A stretch of 61,302 nt of DNA, filler included, from Hausera hauseri (taxonomy: Eukaryota): the NCBI GenBank assembly GCA_046269625.1. It is 13 parts of 13 records of this genome, joined end to end, with 100 filler letters (N's around TTAATTAATTAA, not from the genome) between each part and the next. Parts side by side here need not be neighbours in the genome. Positions count along the whole stretch, not along the records: positions 9,539 to 13,515 come from JBJURY010844190.1; positions 13,616 to 17,820 come from JBJURY010702660.1; positions 17,921 to 22,096 come from JBJURY010719213.1; positions 22,197 to 26,425 come from JBJURY010687772.1; 9 more parts are not named here. One strand, written 5' to 3'. The notes beneath the pieces were generated by a model, which did no database searches, was not told where the DNA came from, and saw only the letters and a program-made list of their open reading frames with translations. Every line of letters starts with the position of its first letter. The stretch's first letter is position 1. Below, one piece after another: positions 12,976 to 23,829 of the stretch. The translations under genes and the position numbers were made by a program.

Positions 12976-13515
12976 TCAAATATTTACAAATTGAATACAA
13001 TAATGTCCATAGGCGACACTTTTGTTCTTTGTTATCCAGTGTCGTTTGTCATCAAAAGGGTCCAAAGCTTTCTTTTTTGTACTGATAGTCATTAATTGAT
13101 GGTTCGTTGTCCCAATCCATTCTTGATCAACAATAGTACCACAACCATTCTCATATGCTTGCAAGTAGTTGTCGAAATGAAAATAGGTTTGTTTCAGATT
13201 GATACCCTTGCATTTCAGCACTGGTTTGGTTTGGGTTTTGAGGGCATATGATTTTGGTCTTAGGAAAATGGCTTCTTCATATTCAGCACTACCCTTACTT
13301 TCATCCTTAAATTTTCCAATTACTGAAGCGAAACGGGTAGAATAAAGAGGGTCTGTAGCGTCATAGTTAGAAGTGTCCAACTGCTCATTTGCTATCATTG
13401 CCGGTAAGAGCTGAGTTTGCAAATCTACACCACGACACTCAAGAAAGAAACTGTCAGTGTCACCAGCAACAATATTAAGTTCACAATTGAACTGATGTCT
13501 ATATGACTCTAACTC
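12976..13515 (-). CDS. Polinton/Maverick protein-primed DNA polymerase B, C-terminal part
   Basis: GDTDSFFL upstream of the ORF start, LDTSNY, IGKFKDE, LRPKSY, KCKGI, KKALDPFDDKRH, SVAYGHY; cut by the contig end. Confidence 0.92.
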   Translation of the reverse strand, partial: ELESYRHQFNCELNIVAGDTDSFFLECRGVDLQTQLLPAMIANEQLDTSNYDATDPLYSTRFASVIGKFKDESKGSAEYEEAIFLRPKSYALKTQTKPVLKCKGINLKQTYFHFDNYLQAYENGCGTIVDQEWIGTTNHQLMTISTKKKALDPFDDKRHWITKNKSVAYGHYCIQFVNI

Positions 13516-13615
13516 NNNNNNNNNNNNNNNNNNNNNNNNNNNNNNNNNNNNNNNNNNNNTTAATTAATTAANNNNNNNNNNNNNNNNNNNNNNNNNNNNN
13601 NNNNNNNNNNNNNNN

Positions 13616-14288
13616 GTAAATTTAATCAGTGAATTGAGCTATTTGATTAGTTGTAAAATTAAATGGATTATGAATTTAGTACCGATTTGGAATTTCACAA
13701 CTTTTTGATTTCATTCGCTAAAAGAATTTTCTGAATCGTTGATTAAGCTTTTTGATTTAATTTTCTCGAATGAAAATGTATTTCGTATTTTTATTGGACT
13801 GTTGAATTTGTTTTGTTAGTATAAATACCTTGTCATTTTGGATTTCACACTATAATAAAGACTGCATATCTTGTGATACGCCATGTATTGTAATGGATAA
13901 GTTTTATATTATTTTTGTTTGACATTTTGTTTTATTTATTTACCTTATTTTCATTTAATTATATAGTAAAGCGTACATTATTTTCTTTCATTATTTAGTA
14001 AGGCATAAGTTAAGTTCAAATTCTTCTCCCCTTTTGGTATTCCGGCTCCGTAATTAGCCGGATGTTTAAAATCATATAAGTAACTGGTGTTCGCTCAGTG
14101 TTCCTCCTGAGATCGAACTCACAGTAAGGTCAAGTAATCTACCAAGCAGACCCCACAGGCTGCTTACAAGAATAATTAAAGAACTTTGCCTAAGGGAATA
14201 GAAAACCCTAGGCTTCTTTTGTAGAGAAATAATAATTTACGTTTGAAGTCGCGAGACCCAAACTCATCTTGAATCCCAAAACTTAACA
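13616..14288 (+). mobile_element. Putative 5' LTR (partial) of a Gypsy-like element
   Basis: Ends in ...AACA directly before a PBS; contains TATAAA (~13820) and AATAAA; left edge undefined. Confidence 0.55.
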
Positions 14289-14289
14289 T

Positions 14290-14307
14290 TGGTGCCCCGA
14301 ATGAGGA
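14290..14307 (+). promoter_or_regulatory. Primer-binding site, elongator tRNA-Met type
   Basis: TGGTGCCCCGAATGAGGA 1 nt after CA; near-complement of the metazoan elongator tRNA-Met 3' end as recalled (...CCTCAC[A/T]CGGGGCACCA). Confidence 0.7.
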
Positions 14308-14451
14308 GGCACACTGGCGTCGTACTCTTTTAGCAATAAACGTAAAGCACACGCTACTAACACGATTTCACCTACTAATTCGGCAAGTAGTTCCGAATCA
14401 AACGAAAATCCCGAAATAAATTTTCAAGAACCCAGAAATGCCTTCAGGATA

Positions 14452-15730
14452 ATGAATGACAATAGATAAGTTTAAAGGTAAACCGGATCAGGATTACAGC
14501 GAATTTATACTGCAATACAAAACGTATTCAGAGCGCTTCAGCTGGACAAGTGAGCACAAGATAAAACGTCTCCCTTTACATTTAAAAGGAATGGTACTTA
14601 GTGCTTTTTCACAAATAAAAGATAAAGATGACAAAGCTGATTGTGTTAGCCTTAAGGACGCTCTGGAAGACTCCTAGTAGACCAATGAGGAAAAGGTTTA
14701 ATCGAGGAATTCAGCAGGCGATGTCAACGGAAAGACGAAACCGTGCAAGAGTTTGTATGTGCCCTTCAGAAATTGGCTCAAAGGGCCTATGTAGATAATG
14801 ATATAAGGAAAGACGCCCTTCTCACTCAATTCTGTTATGGAATCAACAGAGAGATTCAAAATTATATTATTGTCTCTGATCCTCACACGTAGGAGGAAGC
14901 CGTTAGTAAGGCTAGGAAAATTATGAGACTCCAAAACGTAAAGAAACACATAAAGTGATGATAAGAAGCCGAAAATTTTTCAACAAAGAAAAATTTCTCA
15001 GAAATTCTAGTCACGTCAAAAATATCAAAACCCATCAGAACAGCAGGAAAGAGTTAATTGGCAGAAACGACCTCAGAAATCTGCTATGAAAAAGTCACAG
15101 GTTAATCCAGATGGACAGCCATTATGTTTTGCATGTCAGACATGGACATATGACCCGTTTTTGTCCAAATCAGACACAATCAAATCCTGAAATGAAAAAT
15201 GTTAATATAATCGGCAACGTAGCCGATACAGATAAAGAATACGAAACCACGGATACGGAACCCGAAGATGCAATAGAAAAATTGCAACAGAAAATCAGAG
15301 TTCAATCAAAACAAGGTAAAACGAATACAATTCAAGATGAGGATAGGATATCTGAATTAAAACAGCTACATCTCGAGCTAAAGGAGCAGCAAATTTGTGA
15401 AAGAAGACAAAAAATGAACAGCGAAAGTTCAATTATTGCTCCAGTTGGTAGACCTAAGAAGACTCCTGAATCTGAACCTGAAACTGAAAAGCGAAAAGTC
15501 AAGAGAAAAGATAAACCCCTTCCACAAGAATTAAAAACGCCCAAATTAAGCTTACTTTCTGAAAGTGAAATTGAGAAAAGTGAATCAAGTGGAAGAAATG
15601 AACCAAAAGAAAACATACAAAGGTAAGAAAGTGAAAGAACGGTCACCAGAGTTTGACAGTTCATCTATAGATTTAGATCAGGATGACATAGAAATAGTTC
15701 GGAAAATATCAAGCTATGCCAACCAAGAGT
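14452..15730 (+). pseudogene. gag: Retrotransposon gag (capsid + CCHC knuckle + charged tail), degraded
   Basis: KFKGKPDQDYSEFILQY..KRLPLHLKG; RCQRKDETVQEF; split knuckle CFAC/RHGHMTRFCP. Confidence 0.85.
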
Positions 15731-17102
15731 TGATTGGTAGTACCCAGTTTAGAAAAGACCCTTCGATGTTATTGTCACCCACATCAGCCATCAACAATTT
15801 GCAGACTTATTGGACTTGTTGCTGATGTATGTTGCTGGTGTTGGATTGAGTGTGTTTATAGGTTTTGTGTATACCATCAACATATAAATTTTCTGTCATT
15901 AGTTTCTCCGCTTCAGATCGCTACTCACTTCGAAGGATGAGTTCGGGGCGGTCCGGTGGTTGAGACCAGCCTGCGCCCAATGATTCTTCTGTATCCATCA
16001 CACCATACCTACATCTTATACTCCCGAAAATCGATAATGAATGCACACATCCGTCAGTCTGAGAATTCTATTTAAGTAGTTGTAAGGTATCTGGCAATGT
16101 TGTTTAGATAATTTGTTCGTTTAGTTTAAACCCCAATCTCATTTAATTCGAATTTCAGCCGTTTTGAGGAGAATTAAACACGAGCTACTTATCGTTGTGT
16201 CGGGATTATGTATTAGATGTTATATACCAATATACAATATCGTTCGTTTGGGAGATGTCTATTCACTCTTCAATTGACAATTGAGAATGGTAGATATCAT
16301 GAAGAATATACATTTTATTATTTATTACTCCGTCAACTGAGTTGCCTGCAGAGTATCGCTGATACTTACCATGATTTCAACCTAAACATAGCAAACCGAG
16401 GAAGTGCTGCAGACGCATCGAACTTGGTCCCCTACTAGACAAGAAATCTATAGTATTGGGTGAACGTCCGATTTTACTACTCACCTGTTCATGTCTCGCT
16501 TTATATCTGCTGATGTGTTCCATTACAGCGATTTCCTATCTCCGCCAACAATCCAAATTTTTATTGGCTGGTTCAGTTATGTATGCGTGGGAATCTACTC
16601 ATTCCCTATTCTCAAGTGTGATGCTGGAATCCCTTTTCCCTCGCCCAATAGACGAGACACCCAGTTTTCCGCCGCTCAATCTTTGACTTACCTCGACAAC
16701 CGAAAATTAGATTCTCCAGTCATGCGTTAGCCTCATACCTAGGCAGGACTGCACTGTCTACCCATTCAGCATCTGTCCCAAATTAAATCCGAGACTATCT
16801 CATATGTGACACTATTTACTCAATGAGGACTCCACGATCTCGTTGATAACTGTTTGGTAAGAGAGCGGCCAAAATCCGGAAACAGTCCCATTCAAACAAC
16901 CGAATGGCATCCCATTCAAATTCCAAATATCAATTTGTCATTAACATTTATTAAACAAATAATTACAACGTAATCAGCGGCTATTGATTAATTAAGGTTA
17001 CAATACTATTAACACGTAATTTCCAATTAATGTAACTAGATAGAATATTAGAATATCGTTCGAATCATGACAATAATAATTCATTTAGTCGTAACTCACT
17101 GG

Positions 17103-17117
17103 CAACTTCCCCTTCCC
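17103..17117 (-). promoter_or_regulatory. Polypurine tract / 3' LTR start of another LTR element
   Basis: Minus strand GGGAAGGGGAAG-T-TGCCAGT; the non-coding LTR-like sequence to its left interrupts the upstream gag element. Confidence 0.45.
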
Positions 17118-18524
17118 GTAATTCATGATGATTCGCGTTTTGTTGGGCCATCTTCGGGAAATTATCGTACGTTTAGAGAATCGGACTAATCCAACGTAAA
17201 GATGATATGAAACAATCCGTTCGGCTTACCAATCGCAGTTCAACTATTCTTGTGATAATTCTGACAAAATCTGGTTAACTGGGTAATTTGGTCGCTAATA
17301 AAAATGATAATCGACCACAATATAAGAAAAACGGCTTCGTTATAACACGTTAAAACAGTTTGCTAAATTTTGCTGTGAAGTGTTAAGTTTTTGTATCCGA
17401 AGGATGGCATATATACTATTCTTGTTCTATTTGCTTATTTTATCGAAATTTGATTATCAATTTTCGCAATCGGGAAGTTCGAGTTTTGCTATTACTGTTT
17501 AGTTTTTTCTAAATCGACTTTGATAGTATTAGATAAGTGTTTTCGGGTTAATCATTGCGGAGTTTTTTAGGGTAATTAATTTTCAGAATTTGGATTGACA
17601 GATTTTTATAATTCTGTCAGTTTGGATAAACATTATGTTAGCTTTCCTCCGATAATTTAGTGGTTGTTATAACTCTAGTTTCCACAAGGGGATTTAATTA
17701 ATGGAATAATTTGGTTTTCTGCAGGTTTAATTAATAGTTATAATTCGAAGCTTTATCATTCTCATCGACTCAAGGGTTTCTTATTGGGAATGGGGAAACG
17801 GTAATAGATTTTTAGGTCTANNNNNNNNNNNNNNNNNNNNNNNNNNNNNNNNNNNNNNNNNNNNTTAATTAATTAANNNNNNNNNNNNNNNNNNNNNNNN
17901 NNNNNNNNNNNNNNNNNNNNACTGGAATCTGATGATAAGCTTTATGCAAGTCAATTGTGGAGTACGTGTTAGTGTTGGTAAGGCTATGCAGGATGTCATT
18001 TATGAGAGGTAAAGGGTGAGCATACAAGACTGTTAGATTATTTACCTGACTATAGTCACCACATGGTCTCTAAGTGCCATTTTTCTTTGTTACTACATGC
18101 AATGGTGAAGCCAATGGTGACTTGGATATACGAATAATGCCAGCCTTTTTGAGTTCATTGAACTCTGATTCAACGGCTTTTCACCTGCGAGGTGACAGTT
18201 GCCTTACCTTTTGTCTAATAGGTCTTTGGTGTTTGGTGATTATTTGATGATATGTTGTATAATGCGGCTTGAAATTGATGTCCTTCTTTAGAGTGCGGAA
18301 GCAAGAAGTTTTGATAAAGAATTTAAGATTGGGTTCCAGTGATGAGAATGATGAGGACATATTAGTGGAAAAGTCAGTAGCTGTAATGTATGTAGAATCA
18401 CGCAACATTTTATTAATGATATTCGGTTCAATCGATTGTTTCAAAATTGATTTGTTCTTACTTGATAAAATTGAAAATATTGATGAATTATTAAGCGTGT
18501 TATTATCAGCCGATGCAGAACATG

Positions 18525-19013
18525 TCACATTGACATTTGAATGAACAGAGGAAGACAAGGTGTACGACTGGTCGTCTGGTTAGTATTTGCAACGGAATTT
18601 CTGTGCAAGAGACATCTATATTTACAGTCGACTAACAAATCGTATGCAGCCAGGAAATCGGAACCTATTATGGGTGATCTAATATTGGCTATACGAAATT
18701 CCCAAGAGAATTTCTCCGGTAGGTTGTAGAATGTGAAGGACAGCTTTATGGTACCTACAATGTTCAAAGGTGGGCCACAGGCAGTGAAGAGTAAAGGAGA
18801 GAGAATTGTGTTGGATGTAGGAGCTGAAGACAAAGGAAGAAGTAAAAAGGCAGCTCCTGAATCAATAAGGAAGTCTATGTGTGACGTTTCTCCGAGTGAA
18901 ATTTCAGTTTTCAACAGAAAGACTGCAGAGGCGGTGTCGAAAAGGCCAAAAGTTTGAGAGATATTGCCTATACAATAATGTACCGTGGCATCTGGAGAAA
19001 TTATTGGTTTTTT
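18525..19013 (-). pseudogene. Retropepsin-like aspartic protease, reached by -1 frameshift
   Basis: FLIDSGAAF and PIIGSDFLAAYDLLVDC; frame is open from the slippery site at 19013. Confidence 0.9.
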
Positions 19014-19900
19014 GAAGGTTTTGGAAAAAAGAAAGAGGAGGAAAAGCGAGGAGACTTATCGTTGCAAAGTTTACAACCAGGCACACATGATATAGCCCGT
19101 AACTGGAACTTATTGTGATAGACACAGATGGGGTTGTCCACAGCGTACCGTTCGCTGTAGAACCGACAACCCAGAAAACAGTTCCTAGCATCCATTCGAA
19201 ATCGCGTGTGATAAAAACAAGTCATACATCCTCCAGGTGAAATGGATCGAGCAGAGTGTCCAGAAGTGCTTCTATCCCTTAGAGGTCTGGTTTCGCTTCG
19301 TCGAGGCCTATTAAGATTATTTAGTTGGGTAGTAATGGTTAGAATCGACTTCTGTAACTCATAAAACTGTCGCTGCATCAATTGCAATTGTTGTGAAAAT
19401 AAAGTGTTGTCGGTATGTGAAGGTGTGTGAGCGGTTGCTGCAGCTACTGGTTGAGGACTATTAGACTGCAAAATGTCAAAACTTTTGTCTGCCAATAAGG
19501 CGCGTTTTTCAAGGGCAGTAGATTCATCTACTACAGTGAGCAGCGCCATGATGGAGGTTGGCAAAGATGAAAGGAAATACCGACGAAAAAGATCGGCATT
19601 GTTTATGAGTATCGCCTAAGGAACTCAATTGAGAGATTGCAGTTTTCAGGAAGTCCGATGGTTTTTGATTTCCGATGGCATGCTCACTGAAGTATTTTTA
19701 AATTATGCTGTCAATGGAAGGGTCGGTGATATGCAGAACTGATTCATAAAGCATATCATATGGAGTTGACGAAGTATGTCAGCAAGATTGTTGATTTTCT
19801 GCTTGATGTTAGCTGAAAGTAATAGCAGCAAACTGTTCGCTTGCAAAAAGGAGTCTGTGATATGATTGGCTTTAAGCCATTGCAAATGGAACTGTAGTCA
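19001..19900 (-). pseudogene. gag: gag with two C-x2-H-x9-C-x3-C motifs
   Basis: CFYHTRFRMDARNCFLGC and CVYHNKFQLRAISCVPGC. Confidence 0.85.
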
Positions 19901-22546
19901 AGTGCGACTTGAATTGGTTTTATCAAGAAAAAATCTGCGCAAAGAAGATATGGAGATGTAGTTGGTGTGGGGTCGGCTGGACGACGACTAGATCTGCTTT
20001 GGTTAAATTTTCGGAGGAGGATTCAGGGTCTGATCCACCATGGGTACAAAAATGGATAGTTAGTATCACTGAATGTTTCCCGGATGCAAAAGATGACAGA
20101 GTCGGAAGGTAACAGAGTTAAGCCATTGTGCATGCAATAAAAGTCGGAGTAGTCGAAAAAGGAAGACAATGCAGAATAAAGGATGTGCGCCGTATGTTTG
20201 CATGCAACCCTTAGTGTGTATTTGTTTATTATTGAAAAAAATAAGAAGGGAAAGAGGATGCAGTGCAGCGGGGCGGTCACGCTCGGTTCCCTAGTCAGAC
20301 AATTCCTTGGTTGATTGGTCAATAGAAAAAAATAACTAATAAAAATCCAATTAAAATTACTGACTGTGGCCCTTTTGAGTCTTTCCAGCGAATTGACTTT
20401 CCATTGAATGACTCATCGAATGCACGAATGCGCCATTGGTGAATACCACCAGATACGATTTAGGTTCAGGATTGGCATCTGTTAGTTGCAACATTTCCCC
20501 CGTAGTCATATTGACAAATTTTTTAAGAGCCCGTTGGGTTAAATCGCTTCTCAGTGGGTTATACTGGAAGTAGAAATACATGGATTGCTCAATATTTGAC
20601 GATGATGGAGATAGCATCAATCGTAATTGCGTTGAATTGTTTTGCGGATCTGTCATTCTGTGCATTGTAATCAAAAGTCTTTGCCTTCCCAGTCATTTTA
20701 AACGCTATATGATCGTTAGGCTTCGTTGGAGTTGATAGATTTTCATGTTCCATGTTGTCGATGTTGATCTTATTCTCACAATTTACCCAAATCAATGATT
20801 CAACATGAACAAGCGGTTGAATAAAACGCTTAATGTTTTCGAAAGCTTCTGATTCAATATACTTAACGCGAGTTATTAATGGAACTAAGAAGGCATGAAT
20901 CGTTTCGGCTTCAACATATGCTTGTAAAGCCTTTTAAATGTTTCTTTATACGATTTGGCATATACACTGTTGTATTGTTCTAACAACAATGTCATGCTTT
21001 TCACTTTTGGATGTTATTTGAGTATGAATATCAAAAACAATTTAATCGCTTTTTCCAAAATTTCAATTCATCTGAAGGTACAGCAATTTTGCCTTTGGAA
21101 ATAACTTCGCCACAATCTTCTAATACTTCGGCTATAATAACGTCATCACCCCTGCAATTTGTAACATCAAATTCATCCATTTTGTCCAAATTTACTGGAT
21201 GAGTGTCGTTTAACAATTCGCGGTTTGCATGACACTGGTCTTACTTACTGATGTTGAAAATAGCTTTTTACCCGAGTCTTTTGATAAGCGGCTTTAGAAT
21301 TTTCGATGGAACGATGTCGTTTCTGGGAATGAAATATAGAGCGAGATCGACTCGAGGGAACAATTTTAATTGTCGAATATTCCGATTAAACATTTTCGGA
21401 ATGAGATATTTTAGCAACCGGTAACGATCATAAGAGATCGCTTATAAGTTCGGATGTATAGGACTGTTTTCTCGACACTGATTCGTTATTATAATAGGAT
21501 ATAATATAATATTCGTTAGAATTATAATAGGATGTGTCGTAGGATCGTGAAGGGCATTTACCAGTACTTGTTGACGCATCGGTGGATCGAGATTTGGATT
21601 TGATTAAATGAAAAATGGATTTTGGATTTGCGCAGAGCGAGTTGTAATACACTGGCAGTTTTCATGTTTGAGTAAAGTTTATTGGACGATCGAGATGTTA
21701 AGTGAGAGATGTTTTTTGTCATTTACATAGGGTTTTCAATTATCAGATGGTTGATGATTCCGATTATTTTTCCATTCAAATGCTTCCAGATTACACTCAT
21801 CTTTGGAAATATTATAATTCAAATTATATTCGTGATTTATTTTAATCTTACATTCATTGGCTGAATTTTCATGGTGGTCAACTGTTGCAATATTTCTCGT
21901 GTTATCATGTAAATTACACAATTGACCATCATTATCACTGATAGTCCGAAATGATTTTTTTGAAGAATGTTTCACATTTGGATCTAAATTTTGTTTATGA
22001 AATTTTTTATCAATTGGTCGTGAATTGCTGCCTGACTGACTGAGATCATTTTTAAAATCAATACTGTCCAGTGAAATGTCCTGAATGTTGTAATTANNNN
22101 NNNNNNNNNNNNNNNNNNNNNNNNNNNNNNNNNNNNNNNNTTAATTAATTAANNNNNNNNNNNNNNNNNNNNNNNNNNNNNNNNNNNNNNNNNNNNGATC
22201 CTCCATACCGAAAAGAAAATGACATTTTCTGGTCTGCTTCAGAATTGATTCAAGTTGGATTCTATAGAAAATCTGGGGTTCGATCATGTCTAAAGCAAAA
22301 GTACGCAGGAAAATTATGAGCGGCCATCTTCTATTAGATCAGGCAACATTATAGCTGCCACGCATTTGATCCATCACATTAACTCCATATTTACTTTTAT
22401 TATAGTCAAGAATCATTTGTGGCTTTCCGGTATTGTCATCTACACTATCATCATCATGTGATATAGATAAAAGAAGAACATTCTTATTTCTCTTAGGTAC
22501 AAATGAAACAAGAGTACAATCACTGTGAAAAGAAAACATACTACTA

Positions 22547-23829
22547 AGGGTATCCTGAAAGTAATGCCTCCTTCATAACTTTTGTAATTTGTAACTGATT
22601 TAAATGAAACTACGCTGACATGTACTATGACATGTTTCTAATCACTTGCATTTTTGTTTTATAATTATAATCAATAATAACATGAATAAACGAGAAAAGC
22701 AAAGGGCAGTAATTAAGTTCCTGCAAAAAGAGGGATGTGAGGCTCCAGAGATCAGTAGGAGACTCCTGGCAGTGTATAGAGATGCCATAATTGACATAAG
22801 TAATGTCCGAAGATGGATAAAGAGGTTTTGAGAGGGAGAACTTTCCGTGATGGACAAACAGCGGAGTGGGAGACCAGCAACGGCAGTGACAGATCTGAAC
22901 AGACAATAAGTGAATGACCTCATTAGGACTTATCATGGTGTGACTATCCAGTTGTGTGATGCAGTTCACTGTGGTCATAGTGCTATGGATACTTTAATTA
23001 GTGATCTCGGCTGTAGAAAAATCTGTTCAAAGTTGATTCCAAGACAGCTAACCCGTGAACAATGCGAGGAAAGGGTGAATGTGTGCCAGAACCTCTTAGA
23101 CTCTTATGAGAGGTCGGATGAGGTGTTTTTTCCAATGTTGTGACGGGAGATGAAACCTAGGTATTTCTGCATGACCCTCAAACCAAACGTGCTTCAATGG
23201 AATGGCATCGCACTTCTTTACCTTGACGAAAAAGGTGGAAACAAGTGGGTTCTCAGGGAAAGTGATGACAACAATATTATGGGACATCCGTGGTCATTTT
23301 GATTGCTTTTCTTGAACAGGGTTCAACAATCAAAATTGCTGGCTATGTACAGACATTGAAAAGGTTAAAGGAGGCTCTCCGAAAGAAAAGACCTGACATT
23401 CCACTTAGTAATGTTGACTTGCATCATGATAATGCACGCCCCCACACCTCAATGGAGACTTCACAGGCAATAACGTTAATGGGGTGGACTGTGACGCCAC
23501 AACCTCCGTACAGACATGATTTAGCTCCCTCAGGCTTTTTCCTCTTTGCCCCTTTGAAAAATACTCTTTGTAGAGAACATTTTGAGGACGTGGATGAGGT
23601 GAAAGTGGCTGTGAAGTCATGGGTGAAAAAGCAGACAGGGGATTTTTTCCTAACTGGATTTCAGCAACGGGTTCCAAGGTGATGGAAATGTATACAAAAT
23701 GAAGGATAATACTTTGAATAAGCATAAATTATGGACAAAACGTGTAAATGTTTTACCACCAAGTTTTACATTTTCTATATTACAAATAAAAATTTTATGA
23801 AGGAGGAGGCTTTACTTTCAGGATGTCCT
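22547..23829 (+). mobile_element. Full-length degenerate mariner transposon with TIRs and TA TSD
   Basis: TIRs agggtatcctgaaagtaatgcctcc / ggaggctttactttcaggatgtcct; TA at 22545-46 and 23830-31. Confidence 0.93.
22682..23722 (+). pseudogene. Mariner transposase pseudogene
   Basis: VRRWIKRF, RSGRP, LIPRQLT (WVPHEL-like), TGDET, HHDNARPHT, PPYRHDLAPS (YSPDLAPS-like). Confidence 0.93.

Larger units (their letters stand above)
17921..20330 (-). mobile_element. Gypsy element 5' part: leader, gag, protease, RT start
   Basis: gag 19001-19900; protease FLIDSGA (18525-18914); RT remnant HQRPIRQKVRQLSP..SKSPLASPLHV..CGDYS..IDLHKAYHQIP. Confidence 0.92.
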
